The notes under the pieces were generated by a model, which was not told the DNA's origin, did no database searches, and saw only the letters and a list, made by a program, of their open reading frames with translations. Shown here in pieces: positions 29,027-43,149 of a stretch of DNA of 64,000 nucleotides; position 1 is the stretch's first letter, and every line of letters starts with the position of its first letter. This DNA comes from Lingula anatina. Its lineage: Eukaryota > Animalia > Brachiopoda. Both the position numbers and the translations under genes were made by a program. Where the stretch lies: the NCBI GenBank assembly GCA_051362555.1, contig CM120642.1:26784001-26848000 (forward strand), written 5' to 3'.

Positions 29027-29149
29027 GATTCCAAGGCACAAACTGCGAAATAAATATAGATGACTGCGGTAACCACAGATGTCAACATGGTGGTATCTGT
29101 ATAGATGGCGTCAACGACTACACCTGTAACTGTCCGAGCCACAGACAAG
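29027..29149 (+). CDS. Notch: Notch exon 6/33, EGF7
   Basis: ttttag/gtgaga; [40 protein letters not shown]. Confidence 0.95.
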
Positions 29150-29768
29150 GTGAGAGTTTTCATCACATTATCCACTCACTGAATGTGAATTTCTACAGAT
29201 TTGTTTCACCTTATTATAGAAGCAAAAGAAAAACTTGCAGAAAAAATATTTATTCAAAACTCCCTCTACTAAGAGTGGATGGGTTTCGTGTTGGAGAAGA
29301 TGCATTTATTAGATGCTCCAAAGCATAAATCTTTAAAAAAAAGTAATATGAAATTTCCTCGTCACTGTCACTGTCTCTTTTCTGCTATGTGACATCTTGT
29401 GGTTTATCCTACCTTTATGTATGTGCACACGATTCTGTGCACACATGGTATTACAAATGTATTCTAGTACAAACATCACATCTTTTGTAGTTTTTCCATG
29501 TGTGAACTGTTCTTAGGCTGCCATATTTTCTGTAAATTGTTTATATTCATTATAACGATTTGATTACATCATGCCCATTTGGCTTGTCTGAAATAAAAGA
29601 GAGTATTTGTAAAATTTGTCAGCGTCAGCTGTGTTTTCATAAACAATGTTGCAAATGATTGATAAATTTCCTGAACATAATTTTTAAAATAAAAATGAGA
29701 CAATTGTTGTTTCCCTCTTATGACACCAACTTCTTCATGTTTAACCATTTGTATTACACCATTTTTAG

Positions 29769-29999
29769 GTCGTTATTGCGAGCAATATCTCGATCCCTGC
29801 AACTCTCATCCGTGTTTGCATGGCAGCACGTGCACCAACGAAACCGATGGCAGTTTTCGATGTCTTTGTGTGAACGGATGGGAAGGACCTCTGTGCGAAG
29901 TCAACAAGGACGATTGCGCAAACCACCCTTGCTTTCATGGCGGCACATGTCACGACAAAGTTGGCTACTTCTGGTGCGAGTGTCCTGTAGGGATGACAG
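29769..29999 (+). CDS. Notch: Notch exon 7/33, EGF8-9
   Basis: ttttag/gtgagg; includes Notch EGF8 signature CLCVNGWEG and EGF9 CFHGGTCHDKVGYFWCECP. Confidence 0.96.
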
Positions 30000-32900
30000 G
30001 TGAGGGTTGTCAATGAATAGATCCTCCATGTGTAAATCTGTACAAGAGATGAAATGTTTTACCAAATGTGAACAAAATTATACAACCAATGTCTTTGGAT
30101 CTCAAATCTCAAATCGCCATATAGATTTCCATCAGTACTCTCCTTGTATAACAAGTGTTTTTATGAGTGATCTTTTGCAGCAATGAAACAGTATATCTTT
30201 CCTGAGTCTAAATTTGGTTTTGTTGTATCTTTGGGCTATGATCATCTCATAAAAATTGTCGGGGTGAAGTAGTAATAACTATAAATTTGGAATCAACTCT
30301 TAAAATGTTTCACCTAACCACAAACAATCTTAACATCGATAAAAATCTCTCAAGTCATGGGAAGGGGGCATCGCATTCGAGTACTCTTATTAACAACCAC
30401 ATACTCAAAAGACGTGGAAAGGCTAAATGTGCAGTTAGTCACTAGTTAATTTGGAGGGCGTTAAGAATTTGAGGGGGCTCATCATTATCACAAGGTGTCA
30501 AGTGTGTTGCTTGGGGCCGGTGTCTTGTGTATTCACATCTTGAGAATGTCAAAGAGGGAAGATTCTCACCCAGCATCTATGCTAATACAGCTTGCTGACA
30601 CTCCTTTTGGCCTTTTTATTAACCTGCCAAAAAATTACCTTGAGGACATACAGAGATTATTTCATCTCTAACTGAATAAATCGCCTCGGTCATTTTATTA
30701 TTACTACTTATCTCTATTATTTGTTGTAAAGACTGTCTGAATTTGGCCGGTCACCTTGTTAGGAATGTTTTTGTGATCTTTGGGTTGAATTCCCTGTGAT
30801 AACATTATAAAATGTAATTTGTAATATTACAGGTTCAAAGTTTTATTTGAATTTTGAGTGAAACATAAAGTTGATAATTCGAAAGATAGCTATCAACTAC
30901 ATGTGGTATATTTAACATCAATTTATGAAGCCTTTAGCGATGAAGTTGAAGGGTTTTATTGGTTGATTTGAAGGACATAAATGTCTGTCTTCTTCTGCCA
31001 TGACTGTTGGCAAAACCTTGAGGCGAACAGCACACATAAAACTTCTTGGGAAAAAACTGGGCTGCAACAGTGTTGTGTAGAAAAGAAGAGCTCGGGTCAC
31101 AGTTAAGTGGAAAGGGTCAAGTAACCAAGGGGACCACAACAATATAAGGTTGAACAAGTTATTACCATTTGGCTGAAGGAAAATTTTGCACCACAATTCT
31201 CATTGAAAGTGACAAGTGTAGGTAGCATCATTACCACAAAAATATCAGCCATTCATATCATTAGCATTCATGTTTTACATTTGCCCCCCCTTGAAATCGG
31301 CAGCCATTAGGTGTCATGGTAGGGTTCGGAGATATTACACTCCTGGGTGAATATGAATGGCAGACTATAAGTGTTGCCTATCTCATGAATTTAAGCTGGT
31401 TTAAGTAATTGCACTTTCAGAGTCCGGGTGAGCCATTAGAATCATAAAGGTGGATTCGTTTAAATGAGAAAGAGCTTCATATCGTGCAAGGTGTTATTTT
31501 CTCAACAGATTGAGTTCAACAACCTGAATTTGCAGCATGGTGTACATTCTGGAGAAGCAACAAGTTGCCCGTCTGAAAAAAAAAAAAGATGGAAAGAAGA
31601 CTGAACATCTGTGACAGTAATCATTGCTTGATTATATGGGTTGGATTTACAGTGACATTTTACAAGACATTTCACGTGCCGTTTGAGAAAAAAATGTGAA
31701 ATAAATACAAATGAGCTCTGCACACTTATTTTGCAAGATTTTCAAAATCCTTCAAATATTTTCTTACCTTTCCCTTGCAATTATGAAGTTGGACATGCCA
31801 AAATACACATTTGTCTAAATTTGTGATCACAGTCTGAAACAGTTTCCACCACACATAGTATGCCTGAGCTCCATTACGGAGAAAACTTGTGAGTCATTTA
31901 CAGAGAGTCATGAGAAAGTTGAAAAGTAAGTGTGGAGATGCATGTCGGAAACTAATCAAGCTACCTTACGATAAGTGCTGAGACATAAGTAACCGAAGCA
32001 CTTTGAACCCCCTCCCATGTTGGCCAGAATTTTGGCAGTGTTTTTTCTTGCAGCTGCAGTGTTTTTTTATTGTAAAGCAGAAGTAGTGTCCAGAACATTT
32101 TATCACCATTTGTATATCTTTAATTGATACACAGTCGATGCTTGCTAGTTACGCAATCCCTTCCACATAAAACATGTTTTCTCATGTTACAAGCAGACGC
32201 CTGTGTCATTAAGTCATCGTAAAAACACCAAGAATGCAAAGCACATTTTCATGGGCCCATGACATATGTTAAAGTCGACACCTTTGTCTTTGTATTAAGT
32301 GGTAAGCTGCAGTTGGTAAAGGAAGTGGTGATTATGCACCTGCTCATTGTTTCCTGTGTTTTCCACCATGTCTACCCCCCATACCATGTCTGGGTGTCAT
32401 TATACACAAATAACTCCCCCATTTATGTCTTTATAAATGATGTGCATATTTACCCTCTATATTCAAGTGAACCATACATAGTTGTCATCGTTTTTGACTA
32501 GTCATGTTGTTGGCGTCATATTTGAGCGTCATCATTGTTCCATTAAATGAAAATGAATTGACAAGGAAACAAAAGCAGGGCTGTGGGACCTTAGGGTCTG
32601 CTGTGTTGTGAGCAGATTTGTGGGTGGAATTCTAACTGGTGGCCCCTGTATATTTTTAAAAATAATCAAAGACCCAAGGGTAGATTCATGTGAGAAATTT
32701 TGACAAAAAATGGTTTTATTTTTAAACCAACATTCTTGCCTTCATCAGGTCGGAATAAGTGTGTATAAGTCCACTGGTGGTGCAAAACAGTGGATATTTC
32801 TTTTTTGTTTAAAAAAAATGGCTGCAATAGTACTTTTAACTAATCTAGAGTAATAATGCATTTTTGGGGCAAAATAGAGTAGAATGTTAGTCTTAAAGTG

Positions 32901-35900
32901 TGGACCAACTTCAATCTAATGTTCTTTGTGAACTCTGGCACAGGGGGCAGTGGGACATCATTGTCTGCATCAACTTTCACAATTGACCCCATAGACGGGG
33001 ATGTGACTTGACTAGTAGATGTGTGAAGTGGAATAAAATGTGGGGGCTCTGTGTATTGTGACCTTTTCCTGCACATACCACCCTAGTGGAACTAGTACGA
33101 TTCTTTTGTGTGTAATGTTTCGAGAGGCGCTGAAGCGAATCATAAACCCATTTTCTCCCTAGAGTTGCACTTGTTTGGGCCATAAATAATCCAGCAGTTT
33201 GTCGCTAGCTATGTCTGTATGGTGGTTACAAAATTTTAGGTTTCTTTTTAAAGGTTTGGTTATGGCACAATCAAAGGGAAGATATTTCTTGGTTTTAAGA
33301 AAGTGAATAAAGTATACATCTTATTTACAAATATAGGTTGTGGTTTTGCATAAAGTCTTTAAAAAAAGCATTTCATTTGAAACTATAAACATATTTCTCT
33401 AAACCAGCATTGCTGTTTCATGCACTTGGCCAAATTGAATTCGCTTTCTTTTCAGTTGACATAATATGAAAATCTAAACAATACTTAGCTTAACAAAAAC
33501 ATGCATATGTTAACCCGCAGAGAAACCTTTAAGACATTGGACAAATTGTTATTGCCATGAAAATGTTACTTTTGCATTGTCATTGAGATCTGACCACCCC
33601 TCAAGAAATCGTCCTACCCTTGTGTCACCTGCTGCCCATTATTGTCCAATAATTCAAAATGAAAAATGGCTAAGAATAAAGAGACACATAAATTCATTCC
33701 TTCACACTGATTTCCAGCGTGAAGATATTCATAATTGCAAAAGGAATAGGGGACAGTCAACTTTGACAATTTGAAAGTCTTTTGTTTGTTCATGACAGTT
33801 AAGTGATGTTGTGGGAAAGATTGTATATATCTCTTCAAATGTTTCTTCCTGGCTTTTAGTTGTAATCTTTTGTTTCTCCTTGATGTATTTTGTTATGAAA
33901 GTTTTTAAATGCATTTCTGTCTTTATTTTGATCAATTAGACTTGGTGTATTTCAAAGAATCATATAATCAGGTTTTATATCATGCTGTGTAATAGTAAGA
34001 TCTGACATAATAAATTTTTATTTAACTTGATGTTACAAAACAATGATATTTGATCAAAATTTGGATCAGAGTAGGAATGGCAGTTAATAGAATCATTATG
34101 TTAAATAGACCTGTTGAAAAGATTTCAAGATAGCTGACTGAAGGCAGACTCAGATAGAGGAGCCATTTCATGCTGTTTTGTTAATGAATAGACAGAAATA
34201 ATCACCTTGCATAATGACCAAAAGGTAACCAGTGCTTATGTCTCCATCAGATATTACACACTGTCATTTAAGCTAAAACCTACACCAATCTGACTTAGTT
34301 ATAGATGGAAACGAGTAGGTTTGATATTTATCATTAAAATGAGGCCATTAGCAATCTCTATGGATCCAACATATTTTAGATCAAAACCATGTAGATGATC
34401 TGGGTGATGTGTATAATTGTCATGTTTTGTGCAATTTCCATATACTGATAAGGAAGTGTCAAAATTGTAGGAATGTAGGTACAAGAAGTGATATCCAGAT
34501 TGCAGTACTGACAAAGTTATCATTTTAGAGTTGTTCATAGTTTCATGCACTATCATTTAAAATCTTTAATAAGTATTCTTATACAACTTTATCAAAATAG
34601 TTTAATTTTGCATAAAAAGTAAATCAGATTGTTTTTTGACTTTAGGGAAACTCATGTTGATCAGATCCCTACATTTTATACTCACATAAAATGATATCAT
34701 TGACATTATATTGGTATGTAAAATACAAACTGTCGTGCATTTATCCTTTTCATAGTCATATTCTTTTCTGTTGGCCTTATAGAGTGAATACTTTTCACTT
34801 AAAAACAATTAGAGTTTCAGATTCCTTCTGAGTATTTTGAAAAAGACTCTCATTTGTGTGCTTGAAATCCTTTGAAGTATTTCCCCCTGGTCATTACAGA
34901 TTATTTTACATTTTTTATTGTTAGCACTTTTAGGGACTGTCCAGTGAATTAGAATTTAAATGTTTAATTGAAATTGAGTGTAATTGCTGTGGGAGCTTAA
35001 AATGTGTAGGGAAGACAAAGTAGTAGGATAGGGCATAGGCTGCATTTATGTATGCTGATCATACCCTTGAGCTCCAATAAACACTGCAGCAACTTGTGTG
35101 AGAAAATACGGGGACAACATACAAGTATTCATGCCGTAATTTCATCAAATTAGACTGTGAGAGATGTTGCACTCAAGGCATCTAGCTCTAGGTACCCCTT
35201 TGTTTGAGCATGTTTAAACAGGGAATTTCCACTGTCATTCCTTTGAAGTTCTCATGCCAGAACATGTAAAACATAAATTTCGCCAATTGGGGAATTAGAT
35301 TTTATGAATAACATGAGAACAGAGCAGAAGATATCAGTTGTTTTCTCAGGGGGGGTTACACACTCTGAAGAAAAAAAAACCTACAAATTGTAAAGTATGA
35401 GTATGTCCCATGCACTACCTTAATAATGCTTTATCCCCTCGTCTTCGTATTGTCTTAGCTTGTTTGTGGGAGGGCGAGACCATGCAAACTGTCAAGAATG
35501 CGACTGTTCCCACCATTCTTGTATAATTATCATAAACACAAAACTTTCTGATGGTACTTGTAAACAAACATATTCTAATCAAACTCTGTTTTACTGAGAA
35601 TAACATGGAGCACATTGCAATAAAAAAAATTGGGCACAACATGCTACTGGCACAGCCTGGTTGTGTTTTGTTTGATGAGTATTTTATGGATTGTTTGATT
35701 GTTTTCCATATAAAAAAGGTAACCCATTGCAGGCACCATTAAATAAAAGTGAATTTTTTTCACTGTTAAAATATAGCAACATAAATTTATATTGGATATT
35801 TATGAATTTTGTAGACCATAAATAAGTATAAATATTGGTCTGTCTTCATGCCTTCAAGCATGTATTACTTTATAGTGTTGTATGTTTACATTATTATAAT

Positions 35901-36075
35901 GTTTGAAGTGCCATCAGATGTTTATTGTCATTTGATAAACTTAAATAATGAAATTTTATTATCTATGATAATTTGAGCAGACACCTGTTTTCATATTGAA
36001 GAATGAATTAACTTACTTGTCGATATAAAAAATGTGAATATAATTACAATAGATTTGTTTTATTTTCTTTGCCAG

Positions 36076-36231
36076 GTCTACACTGTCATTTGAATGACTC
36101 TTGTTTAAGTAACCCGTGCAGTGCTGGAAGCAACTGTGACACATCGCCAATTGATGGCGGCCATATTTGTTCCTGTGAGCGAGGCTTTACAGGAACTAAC
36201 TGTGAAGTGGATATAAATGAATGCAATGAAG
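36076..36231 (+). CDS. Notch: Notch exon 8/33, EGF10
   Basis: gccag/gtaatg; LHCHLNDSCLSNPCSAGSNCDTSPIDGGHICSCERGFTG, typical of Notch EGF10. Confidence 0.96.
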
Positions 36232-36552
36232 GTAATGTACAGTGAACAAAGTAAAATTTTAAACATAAAGTGTTACATGTTGGATTTTCCTGGTATTTTG
36301 CATTTAAAATTGAATAAATTGAAATACATTGTTGTTGCAATGATAATGTCATAGTATTCATACTATTGCTCAAAGTCAACAATTTTACAACGTTTAAAAA
36401 CTTTTTTCCTTTTGCGGAATTTACTCCAATATTGATCAAGATATACAGGTGATTATTTTTTAGATGAAACAATAATAAGGAATTGATTAACCCTTGAGAG
36501 CAATTCATCCCAGTTTCTGACTTGTTTGATTTTGACTTTTCTTTTATTCTAG

Positions 36553-36741
36553 GAGCCATGGATCTGTGTGAACATGGTGGCTCTTGTGTCAACACCCCAG
36601 GGTCATACTACTGCGACTGCCGCATAGGATACTCAGGACCGCGGTGTGAGGATAACATTAACGAGTGTGCTTCGAACCCGTGCCAAAATGATGGCACATG
36701 TCTGGATGAAGTGGGACATTTTCGCTGCTTGTGCATGCCTG
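36553..36741 (+). CDS. Notch: Notch exon 9/33, EGF11-12 (ligand-binding core)
   Basis: ttctag/gtgagt; [18 protein letters not shown]...[29 protein letters not shown]. Confidence 0.97.
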
Positions 36742-38325
36742 GTGAGTAAAGAACTGAGTCCGTATTCAAGTTGAGATGAAAGGTGAAAAGTAACTTCTTT
36801 TTAATGGGTGACCTAAACGGGGGCAATAAGGTAATATCCTGTGGTAGAAAAAATAACAAATAGGGTAATATTCTGCAAGAGTGCTTTACTGTTTGATGGA
36901 AGAATAGAAGAACCCCCATACCTGTTAAAAAGGAGAAAAATAGGTAATGCTGACTTGTTTGAATAATCAACTTCACAATATTGAAGAGATTGGGACAAGG
37001 TATGGGTTGGCCACATTGCTATTTTCGAAGTGAAAAAATTCCATCCCAAAACGACTCACAGATTGTCTTGATTGGAACTGTATTGGTTCATTCCAATATT
37101 TTTTGTGAGAAAATATCACTCTCCTGTCTTTACTTCAAGAAAGACTGTGTGGTCACGAGTTCGGGAAAATTAGATCACTACATTTCCCTGTTATTCAACA
37201 TTAAAGCATCGCCACCAATTTTCACCCTACGGTTGCCACAATTGAGTCCATATTTTGGGGGTTAATTTCCATCCAACTGAAAACAAGACATTACCATATT
37301 GCACTCTCAGTTAAATTAAAAGCAGGTATTTCTCAGCCCAAGATCTGTGGGAATGCGGTGTAAATATGTCCCTGATCATATATTGATAATGTAATGGGGA
37401 GATTGTGTGAGTAAAGTTTGGAAAGAGGAAGTAAGTGCAACTTGACCCTGTCGCCATTTTGTGGCCTGTCATACTGGTGCAAATCATCTTTGAGCTAAGC
37501 ACATCGGAAAAGATACCTTCTCCAACTTTAATATATATCACATAGGAACAGCTTTCTTGTGGTACTTCATCGTTCCTAAATCCATCTTAAGTACGCAGCT
37601 ACAAAAGCTTTAATCCTATCAAATTACCACTAGTGCCGAAACCCATTGTCATAACTTCCAGCTTCCTGGGGTGGCCCCGAGAACTCCCCAAATTTGCACC
37701 AAACTTTTAATTAGGTTAAAGAGAGGTGAGACACAATGGGACTTCCCAGGTTTTTTTAAAAAAAAGTCTGGACAATGCAGTTGATTATGGCGGTAATAAA
37801 CACGTCAGAGATTGACGTTCATGAGGGACGACTACGGCTCACCGGAGTACATTTGCAGTACCAGGGTGATATTGGCAGTGGAGACCAGTTGGTTCTGTCC
37901 TATAGTACTGAGGTGTAATAAACTTCAAGTTGTAGGCTTTTTAATTGGCAATTTTATATTGCCCAACCCTGAAGGGGGACCGGTGCACAGTGGTTTGGTT
38001 TTTGTGGAATTCCTAAAAAAAAAAGCAATAAATATTTGCCAGAACAAAAGGGACAGTTAATCTTTTTTCCCCTTGGTGTCTAGATCCCCAACTGCTCATA
38101 GTCAGATAGGGAATTAATGTGATACAAGCTGTTATAAATGTAAAACTTCATTATTTTTAAAGCCCTAATCCCTTTAATATATAGTTTTCTTATGCATTTA
38201 ATGAATTGATTGAAAGTTTTTCTGTTAAAGTTCATTGTATTACTTATGTCATCATCCACCTTTGATATTTAAACATTATGGTGATGTTTCAGTTTCATCA
38301 CATTTTGAATTTCATCCAATTGCAG

Positions 38326-38439
38326 GTTACACAGGAACTCTCTGTGAGGCTGATATTGATGAGTGTCAAAGCAGCCCTTGCCAGAATCACGGCATTTGTG
38401 TTGATTCAATAGGTCAATACTCTTGCCAGTGTCAAGCAG
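38326..38439 (+). CDS. Notch: Notch exon 10/33, EGF13
   Basis: tgcag/gtcggt; [37 protein letters not shown]. Confidence 0.94.
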
Positions 38440-39312
38440 GTCGGTATCAAACTATAAACAATTATGGCAATCAGTATATAGTTGCCTGGTTGAACAATAA
38501 TGCACATACATATACACGTCCAATTTTCTTGTGTTAATTAGTCTCTCTCCAAATGCCTTTTAATCCTTATTAGTGAGTTTTAGCATGTATTTATGAGAAA
38601 TGTTTTCCCTGCCCAAGCAACTGCAGGTTGATTGAACGTGGAGGGCAGTTGGCCAAAAAATCTCCTCGCATCATGTGAAGAATTGACCTACTGAGAATTA
38701 TTTTCAGGGTGTTAAAAGGAACCAGTTAGTCATTCTGTTGATCTTATTTTGCTCGGCTTAGAACTTTTATTGATTTAACGTTTCTTTTTATTTCACCACA
38801 TGGGGACAAGGTGAAAAACTTGATCTATGCTTTGACTGTACTGTTTTGGTGAATGTGTGGTTTCCCAGTAATTCGATGAACTAGAATCATTTCTATTCAA
38901 CTTTGATCCCTTCTACAAGTGACTCTCTTTTCAGTGTTCACTCATTTTTATCTGCTTAGTCATTTTATTGGGCCACAAAACGGAACAAAAAACAGTGGTT
39001 AGATAACCATATGCTTCATTTGTAACAACAGAAATATTTCATTAGAAAGTTAAAGATACGAGTTCCATGGTTTAAATTTGGTTTATTTAAAACAGCAGCA
39101 ATTATATGAACAGATAGTTGCTGTTTTTGGTGTGTTTTTTTTTTTTTTTTTTTCAAGAATTTGGAATGTTAAAAATAAAAATATAAAAAAGGAAGACACA
39201 ACTCTTGGGAAATGTATTATCAGAATGTGTGTGCATGCATGTCGCTATGTATGCATGCCCACACATGCCTACACGTACCTGTTTCTCATCCAAACCTACT
39301 GTTTTTTTCCAG

Positions 39313-39423
39313 GCTTCTCGGGTCCACGTTGTCAAATTAACATTGATGACTGTGACAGCAACCCCTGCCGGTTTGGGACATGCGTGGACATGATCAACGG
39401 ATATCTGTGTGACTGTACCAGAG
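39313..39423 (+). CDS. Notch: Notch exon 11/33, EGF14
   Basis: ttccag/gtaccg; [36 protein letters not shown]. Confidence 0.94.
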
Positions 39424-39749
39424 GTACCGTGTTGTTCTTATGTCTTGTTCACTCCATTTGTACACTCGTTAAGAAATTTGTTAACCACCATGGCTTTGAA
39501 TTCATGATTCAGAATAGGGTGGTTTTTGAATAAAGAATTTTGAATAAAAAACAACAGGCAGTCAGATTTTTATCATCTATATGTTTTATGTAGGTATTTC
39601 ATCAGAGTTTTTAATGGTTGTAAGATGTATCATAATGAGTAACCTTTTCTTCATTATTAAATTGATGACATACTAGTAATTGAATACTGTTTTTCAAATA
39701 TTATGTATGTTTGTAATAACCATTAATCCTGTCTTCTATTTATGATCAG

Positions 39750-39983
39750 GTTTTACTGGCAGAAACTGTGAATCTAACATAGACGACTGCGTGGGAATAA
39801 ACTGTAACCATGGAGTGTGCGTGGACGGCTACGCCAGTTTTAACTGTAGATGTCACCCTGGGTACACTGGGAGATATTGTGAAAGTGAGATCAAGGAATG
39901 TAACAGTGCTCCATGTATGAACAACGGGACGTGTACCGACCTGATCCCTGGGTATTCGTGTCGCTGTCCCCTGGGGACTCAAG
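39750..39983 (+). CDS. Notch: Notch exon 12/33, EGF15-16
   Basis: atcag/gtgatt; NIDDCVGINCNHGVCVDGYASFNCRC...CRCPLGTQ. Confidence 0.95.
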
Positions 39984-40162
39984 GTGATTTTTTGTTTTTT
40001 TTTGCATTTTTATACTGGTACTGAACTGAAGAGATATAGTTAAACACTAATCATTAGTTCCCATTTGCCACCGTTGCCCAAATGTCAAACAGGGAAAGTT
40101 TCTTATTCTCTCTCTGTCTCTATCTCAGCAAGTTATAATAAGAAGTAATGGTTTTATTGCAG

Positions 40163-40273
40163 GCAACAATTGTGAGGTGAACATCAATGAGTGTGCCAGC
40201 AACCCATGTCAGTACGGCTCCTGTGTAGACCAGCTGAATGGATACAGGTGTCAATGTAATCCTGGCTTTACAG
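40163..40273 (+). CDS. Notch: Notch exon 13/33, EGF17
   Basis: ttgcag/gtaaca; [36 protein letters not shown]. Confidence 0.95.
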
Positions 40274-40528
40274 GTAACAGGTTTTGTTTCATTGGATATA
40301 TCTGCATTTAATGTATAAAATTTAGCTTTATTTACATGAAGATATTACATTAAGTTGGTTTGTTTTCTGTACCATGAAATATTTTATAGTTTTTTAAAGG
40401 ACTGTGGGAAAAGATTTGTCAGACTTATTATGTTAAAGTAAAGCAGGTGAAAAAGAAAGAATGAATGTCAAATCCAGAAGTGTTAAATGTCAAAAGTGAA
40501 TTTACAAAAAAATAATAATAATAATATA

Positions 40529-40591
<63 letters not shown>

Positions 40592-40592
40592 A
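40529..40592. repeat. (TAAA)n tetranucleotide microsatellite
   Basis: Direct reading. Confidence 0.95.
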
Positions 40593-40632
40593 ATACAGTG
40601 TGTTAATTTGAATTTTTCCATGTGAATTTTAG

Positions 40633-40828
40633 GCACCCACTGTGAAATCAACATTGATGAGTGCGCCTCCAACCCATGCCACAATAATGGCCGCTGCACT
40701 GACTTGATCAACGAATACACGTGCGAATGTCCACCTGGATACTACGACCTCAACTGTCTCTCCAATGTGAATGAGTGTGACAGTAACCCTTGCCTGAATG
40801 GAGGACGCTGTATTGATGGGGTGGACAG
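40633..40828 (+). CDS. Notch: Notch exon 14/33, EGF18-19
   Basis: ttttag/gtaatg; ...[35 protein letters not shown](R); GYxD-x-x-CLS signature of Notch EGF18/19. Confidence 0.95.
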
Positions 40829-41126
40829 GTAATGGCTTGAACAGACCTCTCATCTTTTGCTGTAGGATATTGTTTTTTTTTTTTTTTTTCTTTTTTTTTT
40901 TCAATGCTAAGGACCAAAGAAAAATGACGGAGGAAAATTTGAAATTAAAAAGAACAACTGAAGGCTAATGTAGCTTGTTTTTGAAGTCCATAAACAGTTG
41001 ATGCAGGAATGAAGTTGCAGAGAAGGGTGCCATAGAATTTGAAAAAGGACGGAGATTAAGCTTTTGAATACATCAGTATACACTCAAGTATCACCAACTT
41101 CACTCCATACTGTAATACATTTACAG

Positions 41127-41272
41127 GTTCAATTGTTCCTGTCCACGAGGATATGAAGGTTTCCGCTGCCAACAAGAGACCAATGAGTGTTTGTCTAATC
41201 CCTGCCAGCACAGTGGTTCCTGTATTGATAGACTGGGATATTACCAGTGCTCTTGTCAACCTGGCTATACAG
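41127..41272 (+). CDS. Notch: Notch exon 15/33, EGF19-20
   Basis: ttacag/gtaggg; [48 protein letters not shown]. Confidence 0.95.
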
Positions 41273-41293
41273 GTAGGGCATGTTGTTGGATTG

Positions 41294-41294
<1 letters not shown>

Positions 41295-41335
<41 letters not shown>
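41295..41335. repeat. (ATT)n microsatellite
   Basis: Direct reading; source of the spurious poly-I and poly-Y ORFs. Confidence 0.95.
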
Positions 41336-41336
<1 letters not shown>

Positions 41337-41573
41337 TAAATTAATGTCAATTGAGTGGAATGTGGTATTAATCTGGCACATATTTCAGCTTATTTTTGTG
41401 TTAAAGCTTATTGAGGCGAAAATTATCAACCAGTTATTTATACTATTAGATTTCCTTTCTCTTGTATGATAAAAACATGCTTGACATCTTACAATGAAAA
41501 AACTTATTTCTTCTGTACAGATCTTTTTTTTTGAGTCATCGTAATGTTTAGCAACAAATCTCTCTTTCTGCAG

Positions 41574-41807
41574 GAGTGAACTGTGAGTCCAATATAGACG
41601 ACTGCGCCAGCAACCCGTGCAGACACGGTGACTGTATTGACCAGGTGAACGCCTATCGCTGTGTGTGCAACCTGCCCTTCACAGGGAGGAACTGCGACGT
41701 TGAGATGAACCCGTGTCAGCCCAACCAGTGCCAGAATGGCGCCCCGTGTCAGGTGTCAGCTGACTACCAGGACTTTGCCTGCCAGTGTCTGGGGCTAGGG
41801 TACACAG
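41574..41807 (+). CDS. Notch: Notch exon 16/33, EGF21-22
   Basis: ctgcag/gtaagc; CVCNLPFTGRNCDVEMNPCQPNQCQNGAPCQVSADYQDFAC. Confidence 0.96.
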
Positions 41808-42139
41808 GTAAGCTGGATGCACTGGCTTCATGTTACTTATCCAAGGGTTAATTTATAGTATTTTTCATTTCTCTTTTTAAAGTTTTGTTGAGCAACAGAA
41901 AGGACTAGTTTATTTTTGAGCAAGGGAAACGAAGCTGCTATTTAATCTGAATTACACTAAATTAGGAATTTATTGTCATGTTCTTACTTCTCTCCCAATG
42001 GGTTTATTATTATTTTACATTTCAATGTACATAAACTTTCAGTCCGTCTCTTTTTGTATTTTTGGTTGTGGTTATATGTGAACATTATTTTTATCCAGAA
42101 GTATAAGCCAAGACATAATATCCTTTCCTAATTTTCTAG

Positions 42140-42295
42140 GACGGTTCTGCGAACAGGACATAGACGAGTGTGCCTTGGTGGCACCCTGTGCTAATGGCGC
42201 CACCTGTAAAAACACCAACGGTTCCTATGCCTGTATTTGTACCACTGGTTTTGAGGGCAGACACTGTGCCGTCAACAGAGATGACTGTGCACATG
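42140..42295 (+). CDS. Notch: Notch exon 17/33, EGF23
   Basis: ttctag/gtagat; RFCEQDIDECALVAPCANGATCKNTNGSYACICTTGFEGRHCAVNRDDCAH. Confidence 0.95.
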
Positions 42296-42584
42296 GTAGA
42301 TAATTTTACATTTTCCACTAAAACTTGTTTTTATTGATGTGCTTTAAAATCTTTTATTTCATAAGAAGATATGTAGTTTTTGCCTTTCTTATAAAGAAGA
42401 GTCTCTTATTATCTCCATATTAGTCATAGTTTTTGTTTGAGACATTAGCTGAAAAGTGTCAATAGGAATTCTTTCCAATGTTTCTGTGCAGTTATAATTT
42501 TGCAAGCAGCAACTGTATTGAAAAACCTTTTGTAACCCCATGAATTGTCAGTGCTCTAGTAAAACAACTGAATTTTTTTTCCAG

Positions 42585-42813
42585 ATCCATGTCAAAATGG
42601 TGGAACATGTCGCGATGAAATTGGTGGATACACCTGCATGTGCGTCAGTGGGTTTGGTGGCCATCACTGCCAAGAGGACGTGAACGAGTGTCTGTCAAAC
42701 CCGTGCCAGAATGGTGCTACGTGCACAGACTACGTGAATTCGTACACGTGCAGATGTCAGCCTGGTTTTAGTGGAGTGCATTGTCAGATCAATGATAATG
42801 ACTGTACTTCAAG
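42585..42813 (+). CDS. Notch: Notch exon 18/33, EGF24-25
   Basis: ttccag/gttagc; [45 protein letters not shown]. Confidence 0.96.
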
Positions 42814-43149
42814 GTTAGCCATTAGACCACCAAACACTGTCACTTTATTCTTTCAAGAAGTGCTTTGTTAGAACATTCTCTTGTAAAAATTTGTACCGTC
42901 TTCATAGACAAAGTTTGAAGAAGTTTTGTTTAATATTGACTCATGTTATCAGAGAAAAAGAATTATTGGATAATGCACATGTTTTACAGAAAGTTTTCAA
43001 AAATAAAATTGTTCTGGCTACCATCAGAATCTTTCTTCTGTTTTGATGTGATAAATTGAGGATTTTTGTGAATGATACATTACATTTCAATACTAGATTT
43101 AAAAGATCTCTCAAAAATATACATTTATATTGGATTTCTCTCATTTCAG

